A DNA stretch of 64,000 nt from a virus (lineage: Duplodnaviria; Caudoviricetes): the IMG/VR virus record IMGVR_UViG_3300037400_004242; one strand, given 5' to 3'. Positions 1-10,131 of this stretch are shown piece by piece; the first letter of the stretch is position 1; each line of letters begins with the position of its first letter. A model generated the notes under the pieces. It had not been told where the DNA came from, ran no database searches, and saw nothing but the letters and a program-made list of their open reading frames with translations. The position numbers and the translations under genes are program-made.

Positions 1-923
1 TCCCCTATTTTGAAGGTACAAAAGAGAAGTATACAAAATGTCAACAATATTTTGTACCATTAGACCATAAAAATTGGCATACTGTTTACACAAACGAAAA
101 AATATTTGATTGGTATATTCGATTTGATATATATACAAATTTGGCAAATAAGCCAACCGATAAAAAAGAAGGATTCTTTCGTTTAATTACGTATGATAAA
201 GATGAAACGAAAATTAAGGATATAACGATAAGTGTAGATTCAAGAGATAATTTAGTTTTATCAAGTGGAGAAGAAACTTTGTTAAAAACTCCATTACAAT
301 TAGAAAAATTACATTGTTTTGAACTTCATGTAAAGAGTAATGAAAAATCAGAAACGATAGAATTATGGCATGGAGAAGAAAGAATTTATACAAATGGTAT
401 GACAATTTATCAAAGATTGGATGGAAAGCAACCTGTTACAATTCAGATAAAGAATATTGTATATTTGCCAACAAAAGAAACGTATCGTTTTGGTATTGCA
501 TTATCAGATTTTATTATTGGCAATACTAGATTGGGGAATTGTTATTGTCAAATATTGGATACAGATGTAAAATCTACGTTCAATAAAAAAAGTGATGGTA
601 CATATGAAACAGAAATGTACAATAAATTTATTAATCAGACACTATCAAATTTAGACCAAATTAAAGATGTTAAGGACATGAAAAGTCTAGTTTTGGCTTT
701 ATCAATCTCTGCTGTAGATGCAATTACTCCATTTTATAAAAATAACTTCTTGAAATATTGGGTAGATGATACTGGAATTAATTTACAAGATTTGCCTGAA
801 ATAAAAGAAAAGGGCGTTCAATCAGAAGTTATGGAAACAGACCCTGTAGAGGGTGGATTTTGGATGTATGATACATTACAGAGAACTTATAAAATGATGA
901 GTGGAGAGTGGGAATGGTCATGA
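1..923 (+). CDS. hypothetical protein, 5'-truncated (probably virion-associated)
   Basis: The frame of ORF 141..923 stays open back to position 3 (PYFEGTKEKY...), so the gene starts before the window. Confidence 0.7.
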   Translation, partial: PYFEGTKEKYTKCQQYFVPLDHKNWHTVYTNEKIFDWYIRFDIYTNLANKPTDKKEGFFRLITYDKDETKIKDITISVDSRDNLVLSSGEETLLKTPLQLEKLHCFELHVKSNEKSETIELWHGEERIYTNGMTIYQRLDGKQPVTIQIKNIVYLPTKETYRFGIALSDFIIGNTRLGNCYCQILDTDVKSTFNKKSDGTYETEMYNKFINQTLSNLDQIKDVKDMKSLVLALSISAVDAITPFYKNNFLKYWVDDTGINLQDLPEIKEKGVQSEVMETDPVEGGFWMYDTLQRTYKMMSGEWEWS

Positions 924-2134
924 CGATGAAACAAACACTTGGTCGCCCAAAAGTTTTTATAGTCAAAATAGATTCAGATACTTCTGCATTTAAATATGTA
1001 TCTCAAAGAATAGATACTTGTCGTGTTCTTAGTCGAACGATTATGGAACGTTACGATACGAGACGTAATGTGTACATTACAAATCAAGTAGATTATGATA
1101 CAAAACGTGATGTTCATAATATGAATAATATTCAATTTGATACTTCACGCAAGATTAATACAGATGTGCAAACAGATTCTGATACAAAACGTTTTGTAAA
1201 ATCTGATGTTCCTGTAGATGGATATTCTTTTTGGGTAAATGCAGACGGTCATAGTCCTGTTGAATGTATTATTTTTACAAACATTTCATATTTCCCATAT
1301 CCTGATAAATTTGTGAAAGTACTGTTGGATGCTAATGGGAATTATGGGTTTTTACCATTAGCTCCTGTAGGTTCAGAATTTGATAGTGGATTTAGATTTA
1401 CAGAAGATGATGGTACTGTTTGGCAAATTTGTACGGATGTTATTTATGATTTAATTGACCAGTTATTTATCAATGATAATTATTTCATTAATATGTCAAG
1501 TTTAAATTATGTTCATCATGCATTAAGAAAAGTTTTTAATGATGACCATGTTACTAAAGATAGTACAAAAAATTGTATTTATTTTAAAACAATGATGACA
1601 AGTTGTGGGATACATAAAATGTTTGTGATTGGTTTGGATTGTAAAATTTCATGGAAGAATAATAATGACAAGGATGACTGGACAAATACAATTACATTGA
1701 CAACTTATAATAATGGTTTAAACGATACATCGTTTACTGGTGATGAAAAACATAAAGCAGATGCGATGTTAGTAGAATTTGAACAAAATAAATTGTATAA
1801 GATAGAATTTTCTAATAAACATAAAGGAATATCTTATGATGCAACAACAGAACCAATTAAAAATTGTATTATTTTTGGTAAGGATGTTGAGAAATTACTT
1901 GAAAAATCTTCTAATTATGAACGTTTATTGAAAACACAGCATTATTTTACATATGATGATATAGCTGATGATTTTGTTGATGCTGAACCAGCAACAAGTT
2001 CATATAATAAAGATATGAATGATATGAAAAAAATGTGGTTAGACCATACAGTTACAAAGCATCATTATAATTATTATAAATTGGAAGATTTAAGCCTTAG
2101 TAAATATGGTGTTCCTGAAGGTGTAACTCCATAA
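908..2134 (+). CDS. hypothetical protein with N-terminal D-T-x-R repeats (possibly virion structural)
   Basis: 408-aa ORF with repeated DTCR/DTRR/DTKR/DTSR/DTKR motifs; may continue in the -1 frame to 2226. Confidence 0.6.
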   Translation: MGMVMTMKQTLGRPKVFIVKIDSDTSAFKYVSQRIDTCRVLSRTIMERYDTRRNVYITNQVDYDTKRDVHNMNNIQFDTSRKINTDVQTDSDTKRFVKSDVPVDGYSFWVNADGHSPVECIIFTNISYFPYPDKFVKVLLDANGNYGFLPLAPVGSEFDSGFRFTEDDGTVWQICTDVIYDLIDQLFINDNYFINMSSLNYVHHALRKVFNDDHVTKDSTKNCIYFKTMMTSCGIHKMFVIGLDCKISWKNNNDKDDWTNTITLTTYNNGLNDTSFTGDEKHKADAMLVEFEQNKLYKIEFSNKHKGISYDATTEPIKNCIIFGKDVEKLLEKSSNYERLLKTQHYFTYDDIADDFVDAEPATSSYNKDMNDMKKMWLDHTVTKHHYNYYKLEDLSLSKYGVPEGVTP

Positions 2135-2243
2135 TAAAAAAGGATGACTATAATAAAGAAAATGCCCCATATGGTGATATGAAGAAGTTAATTGATAAGT
2201 ATTTTGATGTAGATTGGGAAAAATAATTTTTCAATGATACAAT

Positions 2244-2272
2244 AAAAAGCACGATTTGAATCGTGCTTTTTT
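2244..2272 (+). terminator. rho-independent terminator
   Basis: aaaaagcacgatt-tg-aatcgtgctttttt. Confidence 0.85.
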
Positions 2273-2334
2273 GCTATATATTCAATTATTGAAACTATAT
2301 TTTTAATGAAAGATATAATATAGGAGGTGCATTT

Positions 2335-2508
2335 ATGAGACTAAAATATCGTATTAAGAAATTTTTTACAAAAAGAAATATAATAAAAATATTAGATGCA
2401 ATTGTAAAAATTCTAACAGAAACATTGTTTTTTGTGATAGCAGTTGCATTTATTAATTTTATGATTTTTGTGGTTGTGAAACTTCTTGTTTTCTTGTTAG
2501 GGGCATAA
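2335..2508 (+). CDS. small membrane protein (57 aa, missing from ORF track)
   Basis: GGAGGTG RBS, then MRLKYRIKKFF...LFFVIAVAFINFMIFVVVKLLVFLLGA*. Confidence 0.7.
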   Translation: MRLKYRIKKFFTKRNIIKILDAIVKILTETLFFVIAVAFINFMIFVVVKLLVFLLGA

Positions 2509-2512
2509 TTAA

Positions 2513-2884
2513 ATGGGATTAAAATTTGATAAAATTAAAGAAGAAAACGAAAAAGATAATAAACGACTTGTTGATGAATTAGAAAAAGAATTAGAAACAG
2601 CAGAAGATATAGAAGTAAAAGGTAATAAAGTTGGTATAAAAACAAAAAATCGAACGGTAGAATTAAATGGGAAACCTACAGAAATAGAAATGAACGTGAA
2701 TCGTTGTATGTTTTGTGGTCATGTTGGAACAAGTCAGCATCCATTATTTTCAATGGATGGAAAAAGTTTTATTTGCAAACCATGTTTAATTATGGGGTTT
2801 AGAACAATGTTGTTAAATCATGTTTCTATGCCTACTGTGGAGGAAATGAGTACAGATGAAAAATTTGATGCCTATCAGTACTGA
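2513..2884 (+). CDS. ClpX-type C4 zinc-finger protein
   Basis: CMFCG-x(19)-FICKPC resembles the ClpX N-terminal zinc-binding domain. Confidence 0.6.
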   Translation: MGLKFDKIKEENEKDNKRLVDELEKELETAEDIEVKGNKVGIKTKNRTVELNGKPTEIEMNVNRCMFCGHVGTSQHPLFSMDGKSFICKPCLIMGFRTMLLNHVSMPTVEEMSTDEKFDAYQY

Positions 2885-3449
2885 TGTATATGATTTATTA
2901 ATAGATAAAGGTATTAAAGAAAATGAAGTAATAGATGTATTAAAAAATATTTTATCAGATATTACTTCTCATTATTCTGTGCAAATAAAATTAGAAGAAA
3001 ATTATTTTAATATGCTTCAAGATATTGTTTGGTATAATTTAGAGAAGCAAGATGAAAATGATTTATCAAATGTAGGTAGGATGTATCCTAGTTTTCAATC
3101 TTTGTTTGATGTAGAAAATAAATTAGAATATAAGGATATTGTTTCTGTATCAGATAACTTAAAAGACATTAAAGAAAAATTAAAAGATTGCTATATTGTT
3201 CAATTAACAGGACCAAATGCATTATTTGAAAATCCATTTACAAAAATACGTTATGTAGATAAAAGAAAAAATAAACAAATACAAAAATCAGTACGCAAAA
3301 CAAAAAATATGATAACATGTGTAATCAAAGAACAAGTTATCGTATATAAAATGGAAGAAATAAAGTTAAATAATGTAATTGATACATTATTAGATGCAAT
3401 TGAAAAAGCAGAGAAAAATCATAGTAATATTGAGGTGACGTTTTTATGA
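2856..3449 (+). CDS. hypothetical protein
   Basis: 197-aa ORF with GGAGG RBS, overlapping its neighbours. Confidence 0.65.
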   Translation: MKNLMPISTDVYDLLIDKGIKENEVIDVLKNILSDITSHYSVQIKLEENYFNMLQDIVWYNLEKQDENDLSNVGRMYPSFQSLFDVENKLEYKDIVSVSDNLKDIKEKLKDCYIVQLTGPNALFENPFTKIRYVDKRKNKQIQKSVRKTKNMITCVIKEQVIVYKMEEIKLNNVIDTLLDAIEKAEKNHSNIEVTFL

Positions 3450-3772
3450 GTATGGAGAAACAGGCAAGATATGGAGATAAAGTTAAAATTACTTGCCCTC
3501 ATGGAATACAAATAGGAATTATTAAATCAGGCAGTTCTTATAGTTTTAGTGATAGTAAAAAAATTGCTAGATTAACAGATGTTGTAATTTGTACAACATG
3601 TGGAGCAAAAGGACATATTATTACAGGAAGTCCTTATACATTTCAAGATAGTTTAGCAACAGCTAGAGTTACAGATAAGTGTGTTGGAACTTGTAAATGG
3701 GGATGTAAACATTGTCCTCATAGTCGTACAGGAGTTATTATTGAAGGTAGTAATTATAAACATGCTGGTTAA
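3446..3772 (+). CDS. PAAR-repeat tail spike tip protein
   Basis: Three PAAR-like repeats (QARYGD, IARLTD, TARVTD) with G-x-I-x-x-GS and Cys/His zinc ligands. Confidence 0.8.
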   Translation: MSMEKQARYGDKVKITCPHGIQIGIIKSGSSYSFSDSKKIARLTDVVICTTCGAKGHIITGSPYTFQDSLATARVTDKCVGTCKWGCKHCPHSRTGVIIEGSNYKHAG

Positions 3773-3808
3773 TGCAATTCCAATAATTAATTAATGAAAG
3801 GATAAAAC

Positions 3809-4609
3809 ATGAGTTCTTTTGATGATTTTGTAAATCAATTTGATGAATGGAAAGAATCTAAAAATTTAATGATAGACATTCACAATTCTTGTTTATATGG
3901 ATGGAAAATTGGGTTAAATGTACAAAAAGACTTTAAAAGTCATTTGACGAATGAGGATGAAGGATTCGATGCCGCAACTGTAAAACAATTTCAAAGCATG
4001 TTTGAAATTGGTGGAAATATGATGGGTGTAGAAATTATATCTTTATTAAAGTCACAGAATAATATAAATAAGATTTGTTTATATAAAATAAGTGAGGGGA
4101 AAGATACTACAACGTTAAAAGATGTTGTATTCCAAGCCAACAAACAATTGTTTAAAAAGAAACTAATGAAAGACCCATTAGGTGGGTACATGGATTGGAA
4201 ATATGCTGTGAAAATCGGCGGTTTAAATATTAGAGATAGTAAAAATACCTATGTAGATGCACAAGATGTTGGTGACTTCGGAACATTTCATGGGGATGAA
4301 AATGGAGTACATGTGTGGGGTACTGTTAATTATACTACCTCTGATGTTATAATAAATCGTATTACAGATAAAAATGCAAAAAAAGCATTTGATTTGGAGA
4401 AAGAGTATCAGCAAATATTAAAAATCAATCCAGTCATTTTTTCAACAAGTGGTGGCAGTTCTACAGATTCATCAACAACTACTACTTCAACAACAATTGG
4501 AAAAGAATTAAATAAGAAACCTATTTCTTTGGAAAAAGAAGATTTTAAGATTTCGTATACGAAATTTGTAGAACCTGTCACCATAGTTTGGGAATACACA
4601 CTTCCTTAA
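3809..4609 (+). CDS. hypothetical protein
   Basis: 266-aa ORF with RBS and a Ser/Thr-rich linker. Confidence 0.65.
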   Translation: MSSFDDFVNQFDEWKESKNLMIDIHNSCLYGWKIGLNVQKDFKSHLTNEDEGFDAATVKQFQSMFEIGGNMMGVEIISLLKSQNNINKICLYKISEGKDTTTLKDVVFQANKQLFKKKLMKDPLGGYMDWKYAVKIGGLNIRDSKNTYVDAQDVGDFGTFHGDENGVHVWGTVNYTTSDVIINRITDKNAKKAFDLEKEYQQILKINPVIFSTSGGSSTDSSTTTTSTTIGKELNKKPISLEKEDFKISYTKFVEPVTIVWEYTLP

Positions 4610-4628
4610 AATTTATAGGTGATAAAAT

Positions 4629-4832
4629 ATGAAATTCAGAACAAATTTATTCGAGTATAATGATACAGAACGTATTGCAGATGATAGTTCTAAAAACAAT
4701 GTAGAATGTTCCATTAATGGTAATAAAGTGGCTTTAATTGGTAAGGAAGCAAACATTCGTTCGGTGTTAAATAATTGCTTTGAGTTTTATAATATTCAAG
4801 AAGATAACGATATTTTGTTAGTTAATTGCTAA
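4629..4832 (+). CDS. hypothetical protein
   Basis: 67-aa ORF with AGGTG RBS. Confidence 0.55.
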   Translation: MKFRTNLFEYNDTERIADDSSKNNVECSINGNKVALIGKEANIRSVLNNCFEFYNIQEDNDILLVNC

Positions 4833-5263
4833 GAAAGAGGATTATCGTGAATAAATTTTTAGATGATTCTAAGATTATAAAAAAGGAAGAACAAGCAGAA
4901 GAATCTTTTGATTTGGGATTTGATGAAGAAGAACAAAAAGAGGAACATCCAATTCAAGCAAAAGAAGAAAAAAAGAAAATTATTCCAAAAAAGAAAAATG
5001 TAGAGAAAAAGGAAAAAGTAAATATACTTCAACCAAAAACAAAATTAGAAATTTTGGTAGAAATGGTTAATAAAACGAACGAGCAATTAATCAGTAAATA
5101 TATTGATTTAGATTTAAATCAATTTTTGTATAATGATTGTGGAAGTAATGCTGAAAGGAATCGTTATCAACAAACAATTAAAAATATTGCTCATGATATT
5201 AGAATCATTGAAAAGAAATTACAGTTTTTGCAAAAACGATATAATGATGAAAAAAAGGGATAA
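4826..5263 (+). CDS. hypothetical charged/coiled-coil protein
   Basis: 145-aa ORF (start may be the GTG near 4847) followed by a hairpin and T-tract. Confidence 0.6.
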   Translation: MLRKRIIVNKFLDDSKIIKKEEQAEESFDLGFDEEEQKEEHPIQAKEEKKKIIPKKKNVEKKEKVNILQPKTKLEILVEMVNKTNEQLISKYIDLDLNQFLYNDCGSNAERNRYQQTIKNIAHDIRIIEKKLQFLQKRYNDEKKG

Positions 5264-5292
5264 TAAATATCCTTTTTTTTATATATAGAGGT

Positions 5293-5802
5293 GTGAAAAT
5301 AATGGCAGAAAGTCAAATGCATAAAAAATTAAAAATTATTGCTTCAGCTTTTTTAAAAAAGCATTGTATTGATATTGTTTCTACTGAAACAAAATTTCGT
5401 AATATGCATAGTGTAGCGGATGCATGTGGCATTAATTTAAAGAAAAAAGAAATACGTGTAGTGGAAGTAAAAGCATCATTACAAGACTATAAGCGTGATA
5501 CAAAATTATTTAATTTAGAGAAATCATATTATCCACATTGTAATTATTTTTATATTATGTGTCCAACAGATGTAATACCAAAAGATTTGGTATTAAAAGA
5601 ATTCGGTTTATTGTATGTTGATGAAAATAATATAATAACAGTTGTACAAACTCCGACGAAAAATAAAAAGTTAAAAACTAGATTTGAAACTACATTAAAA
5701 AATTCATGTAGAAGTATGACAAATGATTTAGTGTTTAAATTAATGCGTGTTGCAGATTATGTAAAAGGATTTAAATATTCTAATAAATTAGATAAAGAAT
5801 GA
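5293..5802 (+). CDS. PD-(D/E)XK nuclease-fold protein, MmcB-like
   Basis: ADACG...VVEVKASLQDYKRD...CNYFYIMCP...FGLLYV pattern. Confidence 0.65.
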   Translation: MKIMAESQMHKKLKIIASAFLKKHCIDIVSTETKFRNMHSVADACGINLKKKEIRVVEVKASLQDYKRDTKLFNLEKSYYPHCNYFYIMCPTDVIPKDLVLKEFGLLYVDENNIITVVQTPTKNKKLKTRFETTLKNSCRSMTNDLVFKLMRVADYVKGFKYSNKLDKE

Positions 5803-5818
5803 TAAAGGAGATAAACAA

Positions 5819-6028
5819 ATGGAAGATAAGTTAATGTTCATTTTATTCGCGTTAATTGCATTAGGGTTGCAAATTACTATTTTTTGTTGTAAAATGGTAG
5901 TGGTATATTGTTGTGCATATTTAATTTCAACATTTTTTGGATTTACATTATTATCTTGGATGCAAGTATTTATATTAACGATTATTTTAGAAGTTATTAG
6001 AATTGTTTATTTAAGAACATTAAGTTAA
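5819..6028 (+). CDS. small membrane protein
   Basis: 69 aa, two hydrophobic segments, AAGGAG RBS. Confidence 0.65.
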   Translation: MEDKLMFILFALIALGLQITIFCCKMVVVYCCAYLISTFFGFTLLSWMQVFILTIILEVIRIVYLRTLS

Positions 6029-6063
6029 AAATAAAAAAATAAAAGTAGTGAGGTGATGATAAT

Positions 6064-6648
6064 ATGGCAAAGATATTTTGTTTGGTAGGAGCGAGTTGTA
6101 GCGGTAAAGATACAATATTTCGTAATTTAGTAGATAGTAATTTATCAGTTGTTCCAATTGTGACATATACAACTCGTCCAATTCGACCGAATGAAAAAAA
6201 TGGTAGAGAATATTATTTTGTTGATAAACATAATTTTATTAAATTACGTCATCAAGGTAAAATTATTGAATCACGTATATATCACACGGTACATGGAGAT
6301 TGGATATATTTTACAGCAAATGATGGGCAGTTTGATATGACCTCTAATAAAAAGTATTTGATGATAAATACTTTGGAAGGTGTTAGTAAGTTACAAAGAT
6401 TATATAAAGATGATGTGGTTACAATTCATTTATGCGTAGGAGATAGAGAACGGTTATTAAGAAATCTTTCTCGTGAAATGAATGGAAATGAAGATTATGT
6501 GGAAATGTGCAGAAGATTTATTTCTGATACGAAAGACTTTAGTGTAGAGAATCTTGCTAGATTGCACATTAAAGAAATCCGTGTTGTAAATGAAAACATT
6601 CCTGATTGCGTAAAAGAAGTTTCACAAATTATAACAAATAAGAACTAA
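6064..6648 (+). CDS. gmk: guanylate kinase
   Basis: P-loop GASCSGKDT; TYTTRPIRPNEKNGREYYFV GMP-binding signature. Confidence 0.9.
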   Translation: MAKIFCLVGASCSGKDTIFRNLVDSNLSVVPIVTYTTRPIRPNEKNGREYYFVDKHNFIKLRHQGKIIESRIYHTVHGDWIYFTANDGQFDMTSNKKYLMINTLEGVSKLQRLYKDDVVTIHLCVGDRERLLRNLSREMNGNEDYVEMCRRFISDTKDFSVENLARLHIKEIRVVNENIPDCVKEVSQIITNKN

Positions 6649-6650
6649 AT

Positions 6651-6689
6651 AAAAATAAGCCCGACGATGAGTATCAGGCTTATTTTTTT
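6651..6689 (+). terminator. rho-independent terminator
   Basis: aaaaataagcc...ggcttattttttt. Confidence 0.75.
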
Positions 6690-6767
6690 ATATTTATATA
6701 CTATTTTTTTAATAGAGATTTTTGAATGAACGTGAAACAATTCTAAAATAAGGGAGTAGTTGTTGGA

Positions 6768-8243
6768 ATGAAAAAAAGGCTAATTGCGAAAATCATAGTC
6801 AAACCTAGCGAATCAAAGAGTGAAGATTTTACATTAGCTTTGGTTGACTATTTTAATAAAGAATTTAAGAATAATAATTTAAATAGTAAAAGAAACAATG
6901 GATATGTAAAAGTTGCACTCAACGGAAAATATATGGATAAGTATGATTCTGTTGTTGTAGATTGTTGCAACGGGAAAGTTTATCTTCGTGGTGATAATGT
7001 AAAAGATAAATATTTTGGACGTTTAAGTAAATTTAATTTAAAACGTCGTAGCGATGCATATCATTGTGTAAATTATAATGCAAATCGTTTAATTCATCGA
7101 ATTAATAAAATCAATGAATCTTTTTTACAAAAAGATGTTCAGGCAAAACCTTTAGATTTGCGTCAAACTACTGCAAATATATTAGACTTAAGAACTGAAA
7201 CAGCCGCCATGTCTTTAGATGAAGCAATTAAGCATTGTGAAGAAGTTGCGAAAGAACAATTAACAAGTCCAAATGGATGTGCAGATTGTGCGAATGAACA
7301 TTTGCAATTAGCAAATTGGCTAGAGGAATTAAAAGAATATCGTCAACAATATTTATGTGATATGCGTGAAGATGAACCTGAAATGTATGTTGTAAAAGCT
7401 AAAAATGTTTACGATTTGCGTCGCACGGCAGAAAATGACGATTTAAATAAAGTGTTTAAAAATACTTTAAATTCTTTTTTAGACACAGAAGATACAAATG
7501 AGTTTCTTCAAAAAAAAGATATGAATGATGTGGCATTTTCTACACCTATCGACTTATATAAAGTATATAAAGATAAAATAGAGCAATCATTAAAGAATAA
7601 TTTAACAAAAGAATTTAATGAAGATATATCTGATGAAGATATGAATCAAATGTATCAACTTTTTAGAGAATATTTACAATCTGATGATGCTTATGATATT
7701 TATCGTTCTAAAGTAGAAAAAATATCTAATAATCGAGCGGAGGATTTTGTAAAAGAACTAGATAATAATAATGATGAAGTCGGTCGAAGGATTCCAACAA
7801 AAAATGTTCAATGGATAAATGCATTGAATCGTGATAAGCCATTCATTTATTTTAATGGGAAGATTTATTTTGGAAATCAAGAACAACGTACACATACAGA
7901 TTTAATTCATATGCTTGTGAAAAAGTTTAAATCTGATACAGGAAATCGAAATGATATACAAGATTTAACAAAAGATAATGTAATTGGTTTCGGTCATGTT
8001 GTTGGAGATATTGCATTTGTTGATGAAGAATGTTTTTCTTGTACACAAGAAGAAATAGCAAATGCAGTTGTCAAAGAGAATGGAATAAAAAAAGTGTATT
8101 CTAATCCGCATCCAACAGAAAATTATTTTGTTCGTTTAGCAAATTCTATTTATCAAGTTGCAGATAATCGTATTGTTAAAACTATTAAAAATAAAATCAT
8201 AGATTTTCGTAAAAAAATACAAAATGTCTTAGATATAAGATAA
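6768..8243 (+). CDS. multi-module hypothetical protein, putative internal head protein
   Basis: 491 aa; N-terminal MKKRLIA; three DLR-x(2-3)-TA motifs; C-terminal domain shared with the ORF at 62863. Confidence 0.65.
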   Translation: MKKRLIAKIIVKPSESKSEDFTLALVDYFNKEFKNNNLNSKRNNGYVKVALNGKYMDKYDSVVVDCCNGKVYLRGDNVKDKYFGRLSKFNLKRRSDAYHCVNYNANRLIHRINKINESFLQKDVQAKPLDLRQTTANILDLRTETAAMSLDEAIKHCEEVAKEQLTSPNGCADCANEHLQLANWLEELKEYRQQYLCDMREDEPEMYVVKAKNVYDLRRTAENDDLNKVFKNTLNSFLDTEDTNEFLQKKDMNDVAFSTPIDLYKVYKDKIEQSLKNNLTKEFNEDISDEDMNQMYQLFREYLQSDDAYDIYRSKVEKISNNRAEDFVKELDNNNDEVGRRIPTKNVQWINALNRDKPFIYFNGKIYFGNQEQRTHTDLIHMLVKKFKSDTGNRNDIQDLTKDNVIGFGHVVGDIAFVDEECFSCTQEEIANAVVKENGIKKVYSNPHPTENYFVRLANSIYQVADNRIVKTIKNKIIDFRKKIQNVLDIR

Positions 8244-8253
8244 AAGAATCGAG

Positions 8254-9294
8254 GTGAAAAACTTGATTTTAAATTCTAACAAATACTTCCGTTCAAAAAA
8301 GATTTTTGATATGTTTAAAGTTTCGCAATTGGATGTCCCTGATATGATGGTACATATTAATAGCGGAACGATTATATATAACAATCAAGTAATTAATTTT
8401 AGTGAACAAGATAGTGAGATATTAATTGCTCCAAAGATTGGTGCTTGGTTAGTTGTTCTTTCTATTAATACAAAGGGAGAACTTGTGTATACATATGGAG
8501 TACAATCTACAGAAGAAAAGTCAATTCCAAAACTTCCTGAAGATTGCTTCCATTTATGTATTGTAGAACTATCTGCAAGTACAACAATGATTACAAATGA
8601 TATGATTTATGATTTGCGTAATGTATTTAATTATAGTTCTACACAAGAGAAAACATGTACTTATAAATGTGGATTAGCTACAGATTATTCTTTTACATCA
8701 GAAGATAGACAACAATTAAAAGAATTTTATGATAAGTATGAGGAATTATCTGCTGAAATTGATAAACTAAAATTACGATTAAATCCACAGCAGGAATATA
8801 CTGTAATAACAGATGGCGGTTTAGAATATAACATTCGTTTTAATAACGATGGTACACCATATTTTAAACGTGCAGATAGTTATGATGATAATCCACCATA
8901 TTCTGATGGAAATGAACATTCTGATTATAAATTTGTATATAATACAAGTACTGTAAATCTTGTAACAGAATCTTGTGAAGACTTTGTTCAGATTGCAGTA
9001 AAAGTTAAATCTTTTGATAATTTAAACAATTTGATGAATTGTACATTATTTGTTCGTTGCAATAATGCTACGATTTATAATAGCAATTATCAACCACATT
9101 ATCAAGAAGAAGAATTTAAAATAGCAAATTTAGATTTAGATAGAGCAGGATTTTATGAAAAATTTTCTTTAAAATTTCATAATCATGGAAATCATGTATT
9201 AAGTCTATATTTATATGATAATGCAACTCATGCTTTAATTGATAAAGCAAATATATCATATATTGTAAACTTTCAAAATGAAAATGTAGAATAA
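8254..9294 (+). CDS. short fibre/appendage protein
   Basis: N-terminal ~120 aa aligns with the N-terminus of fibre 28366..30798; then a short coiled coil and a beta-rich C-terminal domain. Confidence 0.55.
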   Translation: MKNLILNSNKYFRSKKIFDMFKVSQLDVPDMMVHINSGTIIYNNQVINFSEQDSEILIAPKIGAWLVVLSINTKGELVYTYGVQSTEEKSIPKLPEDCFHLCIVELSASTTMITNDMIYDLRNVFNYSSTQEKTCTYKCGLATDYSFTSEDRQQLKEFYDKYEELSAEIDKLKLRLNPQQEYTVITDGGLEYNIRFNNDGTPYFKRADSYDDNPPYSDGNEHSDYKFVYNTSTVNLVTESCEDFVQIAVKVKSFDNLNNLMNCTLFVRCNNATIYNSNYQPHYQEEEFKIANLDLDRAGFYEKFSLKFHNHGNHVLSLYLYDNATHALIDKANISYIVNFQNENVE

Positions 9295-9309
9295 AGGTCG
9301 TGTGATAAT

Positions 9310-10044
9310 ATGAATATAGTATTAAATAAAATTAGGCGTAAGGCTGAACTTGATATAGATAAAATTGATACTTCAAAAATTAGTGAGGTAAAAGCTAGTT
9401 GTGAAGGACTATATAAAGATTATATTATAGATTCTGTATCATCGTTATTAAGAGAAAAATATTTAAGTGATGATTCTTATGCTTATAAATGGGCAGAAGA
9501 TATAGCTAGTAGCGATGAATTAAATGATACAAATAGTGAAACATTTGAAAACGAAGCGTTTTCACTCGTTTCTAAGGTATATAATGGAATTAATGATAGT
9601 GTAGGATTAACGCTTACAAACTTTTTTGATAGTGATGTTGATGAAATTCTCGAAAAAATTCCATCAAGCAAAAAAATGAGTGTTATTGATGATTACATGA
9701 GTGATGTTGTAGATGAATACGAAATGGATTCAGATGAAGTTATTCGCCCAGGTACATCAGAATATAAAGAACTTATGATTTATGCAACAGGCATGGAAGA
9801 TAAATTCTCAGACAATAATGTTTCGGAAGCAGATATTGCTGATGAATTTGGAAGAGAGTACATTAATCGTTATTTAAATTATGAATCTAGCGATTTAGAT
9901 GATAAAATTAAAAAGCTAGTAAATTCTACTGTAAAAGAATGTTGTAGAGATATTGCAGAGAATTTAAGACGTAATTATAAAGGTGAAGCATTTGATATTA
10001 TAGAAGATGCTTTAAAAGAAGCAGATGAAAATCTTTTAAGTTAA
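9310..10044 (+). CDS. acidic hypothetical protein, putative internal head protein
   Basis: 244 aa; short basic leader ending RRKA, then a D/E-rich body. Confidence 0.6.
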   Translation: MNIVLNKIRRKAELDIDKIDTSKISEVKASCEGLYKDYIIDSVSSLLREKYLSDDSYAYKWAEDIASSDELNDTNSETFENEAFSLVSKVYNGINDSVGLTLTNFFDSDVDEILEKIPSSKKMSVIDDYMSDVVDEYEMDSDEVIRPGTSEYKELMIYATGMEDKFSDNNVSEADIADEFGREYINRYLNYESSDLDDKIKKLVNSTVKECCRDIAENLRRNYKGEAFDIIEDALKEADENLLS

Positions 10045-10049
10045 ATAAT

Positions 10050-10074
10050 AAAGAGCACATTATGTGCTCTTTTT
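10050..10074 (+). terminator. rho-independent terminator
   Basis: aaagagcacat-t-atgtgctcttttt. Confidence 0.85.
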
Positions 10075-10131
10075 GTTATAATTAGATATTAAACTTATAT
10101 AATATACGTAATAGTAAAGTTAGAGAAAGGA

